Shown here piece after piece: positions 37,626 through 49,766 of a stretch of DNA of 51,698 nucleotides. The stretch's first letter is position 1; each line of letters begins with the position of its first letter. The notes under the pieces are model-generated. The model saw nothing but the letters and a program-made list of their open reading frames with translations, ran no database searches and was not told where the DNA came from. A program made the position numbers and the translations under genes. The DNA comes from Callorhinchus milii (lineage: Eukaryota): NCBI RefSeq assembly GCF_018977255.1, contig NW_024705360.1:1-51698 (forward strand). Direction: 5' to 3'.

Positions 37626-38001
37626 GTACAACATCTCCTGGGAGCTCACCGTCGTGGACGTTGTTAATGCCTCGCTGCGCCAGCGCATGATCCTGGCCAA
37701 CTGCGAGCACGCCAAGGTGGGCGATGGGCACTGCGACCCCGAGTGCAGCCACCCCTTGACCGGCTACGATGGGGGTGACTGCCAGCCACCCTCCGGCCAC
37801 CACCCATCGTCCTCCTCCTCCGCCGCCGTCGTCATCTTCGTCGTCGGGACACGCGGCCGATTGCGATTGGGACGCGATAGCGAACGGCGTTTGCGACCCC
37901 GAGTGCAACACGGCGGAAAACGCGTTTGACAACGGGGACTGCTGCGAGCAGACCTCTGGCAAGGTGACGGAGACCTGCTTCGATCCCGAGTCGCCCAACA
38001 G
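37626..38001 (+). CDS. PAPPA: Pappalysin exon with LNR1/LNR2 modules, one frameshift
   Basis: YNISWEL...[28 protein letters not shown] and NGVCDPECN...FDNGDCC...[10 protein letters not shown]; ag/gt bounded. Confidence 0.9.
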
Positions 38002-38641
38002 GTGCGGCGCGTGTGTGTGCGCGTGTGTGCGCGTGTGTGCGCGTGTCGCGTATAAGGTTTTTTTCAATTTTATTTGACTTTTTTTATGGAAAATACCGCA
38101 GAGGTAACGCGCGCCCGTGACCAATGCGCACGATCGCGCCGGTCGCCAGGTGTGACGCCGTTCCGAGTTGGTCGCCGAAGATCGCCACCATGTCCTGCCT
38201 TTCCCAGGATCGTCCTGCTCTCCATCTTTGAGCCTCATCATCGCAAAGTATTCACGGCTCTTGGTCGTACAGGAAGAAGTAGAATTTTTTTAATAACGAT
38301 AACAGATACAATATTATTCATAATACACGTTTTTGGGTGAGATCGCATTATTTTTAAATGTGTCGCGATCTAACCCAAACACTTTATTATGAATAATATT
38401 GGTCACGAAAGCCCCTACGTGTTAAAGATACGATATTGACTTTAAGAACTAACAAATCAAATATTTAATTGCCAGTGTTACATTAATTATTCAACCGTTT
38501 TAACATGCGTGTCTTCTATTATATTTTTAATTGTCAAAAGTGATATTCGGTGTTTGTTCTAGGTTAGGAGCAGCGTTGTGGAATGACTGTCCGAGACGCG
38601 CGTTGTTTGACGAGCCGCGCGTTGTTTCTGCGTCCAACAAG

Positions 38642-38787
38642 GATCTACCTGGACGTGGAGGAGCTCCAGGAGATGTTGATGCTCGACGGCTCGACGCATC
38701 TCAACGTCTACTTCGCAAACTCCGCCGGCGAGGACCTGGCCGGAGTGGCCACTTGGCCCTGGGATAAGAATGCCCTCACCCACCTCG
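38642..38787 (+). CDS. PAPPA: Pappalysin exon ([12 protein letters not shown]...[18 protein letters not shown])
   Basis: 146 nt, aag| acceptor, |gtatga donor; phases fit both neighbours. Confidence 0.92.
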
Positions 38788-39980
38788 GTATGAGCCGATG
38801 TTTGTTGTTGTACGGAGTAGCACTGATGGCCTTGATCTAAGTTGTCTTGTGGTTGTTGTTGTTGTTGTTTGACTTGCATCCCACTGGGATTTTTGCACAC
38901 AGTGTTGGTGTGTAACGGTGTTTTTTCTGCAATTTTTGCTGTCTTTTCTTGGATTTTCTGTTTGCACTTAGTCACATATTCACTTTAAGATGTTTTCTTG
39001 TTCATGTTTTTTGTTTGTTGCGTTTGCACCCGATTCAAGAGCCGAATGGCTCACAGGGCTACACCTAGTACATCGACTTGAACTTGACTCGCAGTCGGAG
39101 CCTATTACAGTGGTCCTGAATCCATGGGGGGTGGGTGGGGGGGGTGACCCCGGGGGGTGACTGCAGGTATTGTGGTCTATGCAAATATGACTCCTTGTAA
39201 AAAGGTGTCAGTTTTGTTGCCAGAAAGAAGGGTTAAAAACCAATTATCATGAATAAACAAATTAAGAAATGGCACCAAAACAATTAGCACAAGCAGAGAA
39301 GTTTTCACGATAAGTTAATAATCATTCACGAGACGTAACGTGAGAATGTGGACTAATTTGCAGTGCCCTCGTCCGTCCGCTGCTGAATGAATGCCTCTCC
39401 TCTCTCCACGCTTTGTCGGACATGGGGCTCGTTCACCATACAACGGGGTCTGTGCAGGTTGCGACGAAGGAGGGGGGGGGGAGTAGAGGTGTGGGTGCGA
39501 GGGACGTGTTCAGAGATCCCTTGCCCCGCGCTCGTGTTTCGCCCCGCCGGAACAGAACTCCGGTTGGGCACGGCGTGTAAAACCACCGTCTGGCTTGCGG
39601 CCCCGTGAGCGACAGAGATTGTGAGATGCGTGTGTCGTTTTGCAGGATGGCCATTCGGCTTCATTGGGATAAACAAGGGTGCTCGTTGTGTACAGTAATT
39701 AGTGCGAAAATGGTAAAACGGCACAATCCGGAATCTGATGATGTTACAATGGCTGCCTATATTTTGACGGAGATGGAATTAGTTTTTTGCTCCATCTAAA
39801 TGATAAATGCCACAATTGAAGTGGCTGCAATTGTCCACGGCTTTAATCGCGTGTTTTAAAATTGGGCCTCCTGTAATTTCCGTCTGCGACGGCGCTCCAT
39901 CTCGCCGTCAGTGTCTGCCACGCCGATGATTGCGTATCGATTATAATCAATCGTCGTTGTTAATCGTTGGGAACGAGCAG

Positions 39981-40274
39981 GTGGTGTGGTGCTCAATTCC
40001 ACGTACTATGGCAAGGCCGGCCACACGCACACCATCATCCACGAGCTGGGCCACGTCCTCGGACTGTACCACGTCTTCCGGGGGGTGTCGGAGACCGAAT
40101 CCTGCGACGACCCCTGTCGGGAGACCACGCCGTCGCTGGAGACGGGAGACCTGTGCGCCGACACGGCCCCCACGCCGCAGAACAAGCTGTGCCACGACCC
40201 AGAGCCTCGCAACGACACCTGCGGCCAGCGCCACTTTCAGCACACGCCATTCAACAACTACATGGGCTACGGAG
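39981..40274 (+). CDS. PAPPA: Pappalysin catalytic exon (metzincin [11 protein letters not shown] zinc motif; NNYMGY Met-turn)
   Basis: 294 nt, open frame, cag|...|gtgagg. Confidence 0.95.
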
Positions 40275-41980
40275 GTGAGGCTACGCGCTCATTCTTGGGG
40301 TTACGTTGGGTCCGGCTTTGCCTGCAGCTCTCTCCCACCCAGTGCGGGGCCTGTAGCATATGTTATAAAGGGGCCCTAAATGAAAAAAAGCGCAAATATT
40401 AAAACACAATTTTTAACTTGCACAGTAAAGTAATTGTTTTTTTTTCGTCTACTATGCAGCCAGATAATACGACAAATCGGTAACCTTAAACACCCGGTCG
40501 TTCATAAAAGTTGAAGGCGGTATAGTACTATAGTAATAGAGCAAGTGCAGAATCACTGAACCGGAATTGATAATAGCTTGAAAGCATTTATAGCGGGAGC
40601 CCTTGAAAGTGCGAGGACCGAAGCTACTACATAGCAGCTACCCGTACCCGGCCGGGTACGGGTACGAGTAAGGAATCGAAACCCGTTTGCGACCTCCGGT
40701 GGCCACGTGCCCACCTACTGCGGTCTACGAGCGACCCCGGAATACATTCGACGAGGAGTTAAGTTCCCCTCCGTGTCCACCGTGCACGCGGCGGTTTGTC
40801 GTCCTTCCCGGCACCTCCGGTGAGCGCGGTTGGTCACGTACGGTGCGAAAGAAGTCCAACGTGCATGCGTGTGTCCCTCCGTCGGATCTGTTCGGAGAAA
40901 AAAATATCTCGCGCTCACGCGCCTAATACCAGCGGCCACTCCTCCGTGCCGTTGTAAAGTGTCCGCTCAAAAAGCAATCGGTAGTTCGCCTGTTACCCGT
41001 TGGGGTCGCGTCATCTGATGAAGCCCTTATTATAACTGCTGCTGCTGCTGTGCTTCTAAAGTGACTTCAGTCGGCCGTGTACAAAACAACGTCGTCGCGA
41101 AAGTTTTAAATCGAAATTTTACACAGCAGATGTCGGATTTCACATTTCATTTATATAAAGTTTTTTTTTTATCTTGTCAGATAAGGCCCCACCACTGAGC
41201 AATATAGCTTTTGTTTGAGAAGCGACCTGCCCACGAACGATAGCTCCAACGAAGTGGCTTGTCACGTGGATGTTGAGAGCAGCCAATTCTGCTGCTGGGT
41301 GCTGGCCATGACAAAGAAATTGGCCAAGGCGGACGAACGGTTTCAATTTCGCCGATCAAAGCCGCCCCAGGGACACGCGTCCGATAATCGCACTTGTATT
41401 CTGTTTTGGAGGGTCTGTAAACGGAGACAATATTGGGGCGCCGTCCTTGGTGTGGTGGGTAAGCAGGACTTGATAGAATCAACGCGAATGATCGATTGTG
41501 CACCACGTAAACAAAGGCTTTTTCCTTTTGTTGTTACGCAATATGGAGGCTACGTGAGATTACTTAAAACGGACTGTCCTCAAATTTTGTACAGGATACG
41601 CGGTGTTGCATACATTTGTGGTCATTTGCACACAATTGCATCCGTATATTATTGCATCGATATTTCATGTTAAAATGGTATAAATACGTAGACCGATGAG
41701 CCACCAGTCATGTTACATTTTGTGTTATGATTCATTGGAAGAAGAAGAAGAAAAACAACGCAAGGGTACGTATGAATGACCTTGCATTTCCCCCAGATGT
41801 CACGTAGAGCAATACCTGCGGTGTGAGTGCGACAATGATGTCTCTACCCTCTTCCCCCCCCCCCCACCTTCATTCTCATCAATCCTTCGCCTCGCCACCA
41901 CAAACCACCACCCCGTCCCTCACCTCGTCTAAACGCCCCCGTTGTCATCACTTCCCCCACCGACCCGCTTGGAATTCCAG

Positions 41981-42173
41981 ACGATGACTGCACCGACTCA
42001 TTCACGCCGAACCAGGTGGCGCGCATGCACTGCTACCTGGACCTGGTGTACGAGGGCTGGCGCCTGGACCGCGCCCCCCCCCCCGTGCCGATGCCGCCGA
42101 TCCCCGTCGCCCAGGACGAGGGCTCCCTCACCCTGCAGTGGATGCCCCCCGTCAACGGCCACGTCTTCCAGAG
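41981..42173 (+). CDS. PAPPA: Pappalysin exon (DDDCTDSFTPNQVARMHCYLDLVY...)
   Basis: 193 nt, open frame, ccag|...|gt. Confidence 0.93.
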
Positions 42174-42317
42174 GTGTTCCTGCACCTCCGGTCCCCCCGC
42201 CCGCCCGCCCCAGCTCGCTTCTTTCTCTTTACATTTATGAGGCCGCGATAGAGATGGCGGAAGTGGATGCGGTGAGGCGAGAGAGAGAGACGCGCGTCGG
42301 CACAGAAGGGTAGAAGA

Positions 42318-42606
42318 GATGGGACGAGGGATGAGAGAGATGTGCACGAGAGGGAGAGATGAGAGAGATGTGGATGAGAGGGAGAGATGTGGTGAGATGA
42401 GAAAGATGTGGAGAGATGAGAGAGAAGAGGAAGAGATGTGGAGAGATGAGAGATGTGGACGAGGGAGATGTGGACGAGAGGGAGAGATGTGGACGAGAGG
42501 GAGAGATGTGGAGAGATGAGAGAGATGTGGACGAGAGGGAGAGATGTGGAGAGATGAGAGAGATGTGGACGAGAGGGAGAGATGTGGAGAGATGAGAGAG
42601 ATGTGG
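42318..42606. repeat. Purine-rich tandem repeat (GAGAGATGTGGA/GAGAGATGAG units)
   Basis: Directly visible. Confidence 0.85.
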
Positions 42607-43479
42607 CGCAAGAGATGTCGGTGTGATGAAATGAGAGTCGTGATGAGTTGGATCTAAATTCGACCCAATGCATTTGGTTCCTCCCTGCATTTTCTTGTTG
42701 TTGTTGTCATGAATCCCAGAGAGCCCTTGAGCTGCTTTGGTGCCCTGTGCCTTTGCCCACTTTGCTCGTGCCTAGCGGCGACACCAACGACTGCCCGTCC
42801 TCGCCACGGAACGCCACATTCACAAAGCGCAACGCACAACGCCGCGCCGCGCCGCCGACAGACGCAGTGGTTCTGTTTCGATTTGGGCTAGCGGGGGAAG
42901 TTGGGGGAGAAGGGGGGGGGCAGGGGAGGTGATGGGGGGGGACGGTGCCCCCCTCCATCATTTCGCCGCCAAAGAGGCAAAATGGTTCAGCCGAGAAAGC
43001 GGGCGGGGGTGGGGGGCGATTTGTGTGGTGCCTGCCGGAGGGACTGCCGATTTGTGGCCGGATAATGGGAGTTGTGGAATAAGAGCGGTGACAGCTTTAA
43101 ATCCCACTTGTGGACGACGCGTTGCTCCACTGCGGGGGCCGCGCGCGTGTGCGTGGTGGCAAGTGCCTCTTGGCAGTTTGCGGGGCATTCCAAACTTTCT
43201 AATGCAACTTTGTGTGATTTGTGTGGCATCAAGTTCTGTTTTGCTCCCTCGCTGGAGTGAACGCACGAGGAAATTTTCTGATGCAATTATGGGGCAAATC
43301 CACACACACACCGCTGCTGCTGTAGCATTATCCATGCGGTGTTGGATGAGTGCTCGCTCAGGGGTATGAGCGTTGTCCTATGAATCCGGCGACCCGAGTT
43401 CGCTTCCTGGTCACAACGAATATCAGTGGGGCGAGCGGTGTCTGGATCCACCACCCCCCACCTCCCTCCAACTTCACCA

Positions 43480-43760
43480 ATCTGATTTCCAAACGAATGC
43501 ACACAAAGTGCTTGCCACAAATGAGCCGCAGTAACTTGCTTAATCTCGCCAAGGAGTATCGGCCACCGCCACCAGCACGCGAACTCCGGCCATCCTTGCA
43601 GGGGCGGCATCTGGCTCGCAATCGGACAGAGACGGGGGTCACCGCGTCGCGCTCTTTCAGATGCTCTTCTGCGGCCGTCTGGAACGCTCTTCCTTCCGAT
43701 ATTAGGAAGCCGCTGGAGCTGCGCACTTTTCGATGTAGATTAAATAACTCATTTTTGTTG
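43480..43760 (+). mobile_element. L2-type LINE 3' fragment
   Basis: YRPP..RELRPS...RSFRCSSAAVWNALPSDIR...TFRCRL resembles the C-terminus of L2 ORF2. Confidence 0.6.
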
Positions 43761-44827
43761 TGCGGTTTAGTTTGTTGTCCTCCCCCGCACCTCCGATTAG
43801 CATGGGTTGGCAACGTACGGTGCGAAAGAAGTCCAACGTAAATACGTACGTAGGTGCAATTGGCACGAACCAGAGTTAGTTTTGTCAAAAATATCCCCGT
43901 GGCCGACCGGACGTGGGGGGAGGGGGGTCTTTCATCAAGCAGTGGACCGACACGCGTTAGGAAATGACGATTTCGTTTTATCCGGCAAAGTGTGTAACCC
44001 GCTGGTGCGTTCATACTCTTGTTTACTGCGATCGTTTCATGTAGCAGTGGTACCTCCGGAGACGTTTCAGGGCCACTGAAAGAAAGAAACCGGCGTGAGC
44101 TTGAACTCATGGCGAGTCCAATGGTTGGGAAATGAGTGCAATTGTCCGCCCCACCTCTCCCCCTGTGTTTTATTTAGATTAATTAGACAAAGTTAATCGA
44201 ATGTTTGAATAATGTTTACTATGAATGTACGGCCCGATTTAAATGTTTTAATTTTGGGACCCCCCCCCCACACCTCCGCCACCCCTCTCCACCGGCCCCT
44301 CCACATCCCCTTTGAAAAGTTTCTAGATCCTGCTGCCTCGCTTTGAAGCAAAGCTTCCGTGCCTGAAAGCTAATGCCAGTGGTGCGCACGCGTACGTCGT
44401 GAACTTTGTTCACGACGTACGCAGCCGACCGTGGTGCAGGAAAAAGTCGGAGGCGCGGGGAGCCGTGCGATTCAAAGGAGTTCTTGGATAGGACCCCCCC
44501 CCCCCGTTCATGAAAACAAAACAATTTGGCGCTAAGCGGGAACTGGCTCTCTGCTCGGTGTCTCGTGGTCACGCCATTGAGCTGCGGGGGTCTTCGTTGC
44601 CCCGTTGTTTCGCGGACAATCCCTGCGCGGTCGCTGCCCGCATTCTGTTCCGTGAGAAGTGGCGTGTTTTTTTGTGTGTGTGTCTGTGTGTGTGTCTGTG
44701 TGTGTGTCTGTGTGTGTGTCTGTGTGTGTCTTTGTTTGTCTGTGTTTGTGTGTGTTGTGTGTGTGTGTGTTTGTCTTTGTGTGTGTGTGTGTCTGTGTGT
44801 GTGTGTATGTGTGTCTTCGGCCGTGTT

Positions 44828-45465
44828 GTAAACATTTAGGCTTGCCTGCCTACGATCCATCCTGGGTTTAACCAGGCTGGATTGTGTGAGGAGCTCACAA
44901 ATCCTTGAAAGATCTGGTCAAAGTCCCATCGGTGAGCTCCTCCGGCAGGCAAGGCTGCGTTGGCTGGGTCATGTAGCCCGCATGCCCAGCCACCGCATGC
45001 CTAAACAGCTTTTGTTCGGCCGGATCGAGGGGGCTAAACGGGCGCGGCACGGGCTAGAGAAGAGATGGAGTGATGTGGTACAGGAGGACGTGGAGCTGAG
45101 TGGACTTGCCGATGACTGGTACCAGCGGTGTCAAGATCGGCCTCTGTGGAGGAGGCTCGTGAAGGACGCTACTGGGCAGTTGGAGGCAGTCGCCCTCCAA
45201 CAACAACGGAGGGCGGAGGAGCGACGCTCACAACAACGAGCGGAGCGCCGGGTGGCTAAAGCACAGCAAGTTGGCACAGTAGGGGCACAGGTGGTGCATC
45301 AGCCAGTCATCTCGGTCATCTCAGTCAGTCGACCCGTGGCACCTGGGTCTGCCCCGTGACCTCCTGCCAGCGGGCGTTCGACACTTCACGTGGCCTCAAG
45401 GTGCACATGGCCTGGCACAAGCGTCGTGGTGACGTCACCGCCACTTAGTGGCGAATGGCGGTTGT
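44828..45465 (+). mobile_element. RTE-clade LINE 3' fragment
   Basis: LRQARLRWLGHVARMPSHRMPKQLLFG; flanked by (TG)-rich tracts. Confidence 0.88.
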
Positions 45466-45685
45466 TGTTGTTGTGTGTGGTGTGTCTGTGTGTGTGTGTG
45501 TTTCTGTGTGTGTGTGCGCGGAATGGGGAGCGAGAGAGAGAGGCACCGAACCGCCGGTGGAACTTTGTCGTCGTTGTCGGCGTGCCGCTGAGCGAGCTGA
45601 GAGCCCGCGGCGCCGTTCTAGTCCATGTCGGCGTGTTGCAGATGGAGCGTGTGAGCGGTGTCTTTCGACCGTCGACCCTCCCCAG

Positions 45686-45806
45686 AGAAGCGGGATCTGC
45701 GTGCGACCTCTGCGGAGAGGACGGGCGTCTCGCGCAGTTCGCCCACTCCGCCTCGTCCCCGGTGCCTTCAACCCCTCGGGACACTGGAGCCCGAAGGAAG
45801 CGGAGG
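45686..45806 (+). CDS. PAPPA: Pappalysin exon (REAGSACDLC...SASSPVP/NPSGHWSPKEAE), 1-nt deletion
   Basis: cccag|...|gtagga; the frame switches near 45769 where a Cys codon is expected. Confidence 0.88.
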
Positions 45807-46655
45807 GTAGGAGACGCTCACGCTCGCACACGCGTTAGCACGCACGCACGCACACGTGAGTGCGCGTACAAGAACAGGCACGCTCGCGTGCCGTTTGGCT
45901 CCAACCCCCCGCCCCCCTCCCACCACAATCACCAGACACGTCTTTGCAGGGGTGTTCTTGCACGCTCACCTTGGCACGGTTTGTCCAGTGGTGGTGGTTC
46001 CCTATTGGGGGGGGGGGGCTATAATTTAGGGGGGTGATGGGGGGGTACCCCCCAATTTGTCAACTCCTAGTGAGATGGCAGACTTGGGGAGACAAAGGCG
46101 GTCGGGCGTGGTGCCTTCATTAGGTGCCACTCGCTAACGGCACTTGCCAAAGTAGCTCGTCCCGACAAGTCTGTTAACGCTATGTAAGGTGGGGGGGGGG
46201 GTGGAGATCTTTCTTCTTGTGTAACGAGAGATACGCATGCGTGGCAAGGAGACGCATGGATGTTCTCGGCAGCACCTGCGATCATCGCTTCTGTGATCGT
46301 CACACGCAGGGCCCCAGCGGCAGGAGATGGGGAAAGAAAACTCGCACGAGATTTGTTCCACAGACTCTATATCCCTCTTCCTAGAACTGTTTACAACAAT
46401 TTTAATTTGACCAGGTTAAAGTCCACTGAGCTATTAGCCACAAATGAAAGCTCAACGAAGTGGCTCACGTGGAAATGTATTTGTAGCCAAATAGTCTGAA
46501 CGCCGTGATGTCGATTCTAAATGTGGAGGGGGAAATCGGAGGACCCGGAGAAATATCCACTTGACCACGGGGAGAGAGAGAGAGAGACATGCCACCCCCA
46601 AATATACAGCAGCAGCAGGCATCAGGGTCGTCGGGGTCGAACTCACAACCTCCTA

Positions 46656-47008
46656 TAGTCATCGGTGTTTACCCTTTCAACTGGTACAACAACTGACACC
46701 TTTATACAAGGCATCATGTTTGCAATAACCACAACACAAGCAGTCAAAATGCAAACAAAAAGAACAACTCTGATGATGATATGCACTGTCCTTGAAGTTG
46801 ATTGCTCCACACCCGAGACAGCTTTTCTTAGAGCCTAGTCTCCATTGGTGTTGGGCCAGATGACGCCAAAAGGCCTTTTCTTTTTGTTTGCATTTTGACT
46901 GCTTGTGTTGTGGTTATTGCAAACATGATGCCTTGTATAAAGGTGTCAGTTGTTGTACCAGTTGAAAGGGTAAAAACCTATCACTATATTTTGCCACTGG
47001 TAGTGTAA
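46656..47008. mobile_element. Fold-back copy of the 307-bp-monomer family inserted in a V-SINE
   Basis: ~97-bp inverted arms (about 46668-46764 / 46877-46974); TCACAACCTCCT duplicated at ~46643 and 47009. Confidence 0.75.
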
Positions 47009-47508
47009 TCACAACCTCCTGTATACCAGGCGAGGTAGTTAACACCTCGCCATCGTGAAGCCAGTATCTCACTCCCTCTCTCTCTCTCCAGATGGGGACT
47101 GTAGATTGTCATGCGTGTCCGAACTCCCGCAGAATGTTTCAATGTGACCACGGCTGGAGCTCACCAGGGTTTCATGCAGGGGGATGATGGGCTGAGTCAA
47201 CAGCAGGATTCTGACTCGCACTTTCTATTGCGAGCCACTCGCCGCGCCCTACCACTGAACCACACCTGACCGGTGTAGCGCATATTGCACGTAGGCGAAA
47301 GCAGATCATATCCTTACCCGGTAAAATAAATAAAGAACTAGTTTTACCGTCTATTTTTATATCGCATCATCATCACCGTAGCTCGGTCTGTGCCCGGCAT
47401 GTAACATTTGTCGTTCCGAGTTCGTTCGACGTAGAGTAGTCGACCGCGGCCGTCACGCTCCACCAAAGCCGGCGCTCACTCCCCGCGGCGTGTGGCGCTT
47501 GGCGACAG

Positions 47509-47750
47509 GTCCCCCGGACGTGGAGAGGCCGTGCGAGTCCAGCCTGCGCTCCTGGAGCCCCGAGCTGCGCTCCGGGCAGCGGCGCACGCCGGCGGCGAGG
47601 TGCCCCCAGCCGTCCGGCTGCGTCCTGGAGCTCTCCTTCAGCCTGCCCAGCCTCCCCGAGCTCCTCAGCATCTGGGTCACCTACATCTTCCTGCACAACT
47701 CCCACCCCATCAAGGACCTGGTCATCCTCACGGCCGACGGGAGGAACGAG
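47509..47750 (+). CDS. PAPPA: Pappalysin exon (GPPDVERPCESSLRSWSP...DGRNE)
   Basis: 242 nt, open frame, acag|...|gtacgg. Confidence 0.9.
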
Positions 47751-47849
47751 GTACGGCCCGTTCCCGCCCGCGTCGATCACAACGACGACCTCCCCCCCCC
47801 CCCCCAGGTGTTGGGGTTGTGCCACGCGTCGTTTGGGTGTGACGAGTCC

Positions 47850-48600
47850 CCATGGCGGTGAACGGAATAGTGTCGTCCGCACGAGTGGGCGCTCGACACC
47901 GAAGCTTGCGATGAGGCGGCCGAGCGGGAAGTGTAGGCCGTGAACAGCAGAGGGGGGACTGAGGACGGAGCCCTGGGGGACGTCACGTGGCGGAGCCCTG
48001 GGGGACGCCACGTGGCGCTTTTGTTTCAGGAGATGTGGACGAGCCCCCACCCTAACTGAGGATTGCCCGATCAGAAAGGTAGGACAGCGTCCACTTGAGT
48101 GCTGAGCCACATATACCTGAAGTCTGTCTTCAGGAGGGAGGTAAGGAGCGGGTGATTGACGGTGTCAAAGGGCGATGAAATGTCCAGACTTACAAGAGCA
48201 GCGATGGAGTCGATAAGCATTCAAATGCCATCGAGGACTCTGGCGAGTGTCGTTTCTGTTGAGTAGTTTGACGGTGAGCTGACTGGGAGGAGAGCACTAG
48301 TTTGGGGGAGGAGGTGACGTGGGGTTTGAGCTGGGCCAGGGCGATACGTCTTTCAAGGAGTTTAGAGAGGTTCGAGAGATTAGTGATGGGACGATAGCTG
48401 GACGGGTCATCCGGGTCGAGACTTGGTTTCTTTAACGGGGGGGAAATCGGGCCAGATTTGAGGTTGGACGGAAAAGACCCCGTAGAGAAGGAGGCATTTG
48501 CGATGTTCCTGATCATGATGGCGAGTTCCGGAGCACATCGCTTGAACAAGGAACCTGGAGAACGTCGAGTGAAGATGACTTCACGTGAAGTGATTGAATC
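47850..48600 (-). mobile_element. L2/CR1-type LINE RT fragment
   Basis: LKKPSLDPDDPSSYRPITNLSNLSKLLER and VPQGSVLSP motifs, frameshifted. Confidence 0.85.
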
Positions 48601-49004
48601 AAAGAGAGAAAACGTCTTTTGAAGACACCGCCTTGAACGTGGTTAGAAAGGTGTCTGGGTGAGTACTTACAACTTCAGTTACTCCCGCAATGTGTACGGT
48701 ATCTTGATCGTTTTAATTACTTGGGCAGTTTCAATGCTCTTGTTATTTGATTTGCTTTTGGTATTCAATGCACCGTTCGGCGTGGAGTTTGTACATTCTC
48801 TCCCCCTGTTCAGTGTGGGTTTCCTCTGAGTTCTCCCACGATCATTCCACAGCTAAACAAACACACCGTGTCACTGGCATTGGTCAAACATCCCAATGCT
48901 GAAAGCTGCCGGCAACTTACTCATTCGTGGGGCTGCATGTGGGCATCGGCCGCAACCACGATAAAACCTGGCAGGACCCTCTTCAAACAGTCTTGGGACT
49001 AAAT

Positions 49005-49352
49005 TTTGATTTAAAGCTTTTCGTGACTGCAGGGATTCATCTTCTTGGTTCTTTCGGTAAAGTCACGTAGAAGGGAAGTAATAAAATAATAAAAAATAAT
49101 AAAAATAAAACATAATAAAATTATTCTCACGACGTTTCGGCCACAACGCAAGCAGCCGTCCTCAGGTGAAAACCAGGTCCGTCGAGGCGACAGAGTCTGA
49201 ATGAAACAGCACACGAGCTTGGAGCATATATATAAGCTGGGCGCATTGACAAAGGAATTTGCATATTAAGAGGAATTTAGCATATTTATGGGAAATGCAG
49301 GAATGTGATTAGTACTGCATATGCATGTGCATTATGCAGGATTAACAGCATT
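49005..49352 (-). mobile_element. Solo Penelope pLTR carrying a minimal hammerhead (49123-49171, CUGAGGA core)
   Basis: Reverse complement of the 35500-35852 type; UUCAC-CUGAGGA-CGGCUGC...GUGGCC-GAAACGUC-GUGAG on the minus strand. Confidence 0.82.
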
Positions 49353-49766
49353 CATTGGCAAGCAAGCGCAGAAAAAATAATTACTAATCACACTCCGAGG
49401 TGTGTCATTTATACACTCCTCGGCAAGTACTCGCGTGGACTGTATGACAGATTTAAATTACACGTAACGGCATGGCGGGTGCGGATACCTGATGCACAAA
49501 TGGAAACTTTTAAATATCTGGAGTCACGTGCGACTGGTCATCCAGAACAGAGACCGTACAACGCGTAGCGATGCAATTGCGCATCCGCAAATACGAAGAA
49601 GGCACCGCGGCGATGCACTCCGCCGCTCCTCGCGCAGTTGTCTGGCCCGACCACCCGCACGTGTGAGATTGTCGTCGTTGCTCCGCGTCGACACCCGCCG
49701 AACGAGAGAGGAAGATTACACGTCGTCGCCACGAGATGCCGCCTCGCTTCCGCAACTCTATCCTGA

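Noticed and set aside
40639..40664. Perfect 26-bp palindrome TACCCGTACCCGGCCGGGTACGGGTA
   Set aside because: Isolated and probably a collapsed transposon remnant; nothing supports a function.
45420..45460. GGCGAATGG at the RTE 3' end resembling the HDV ribozyme J4/2
   Set aside because: No nested double pseudoknot upstream; retroelement HDV-like ribozymes are normally at the 5' end.
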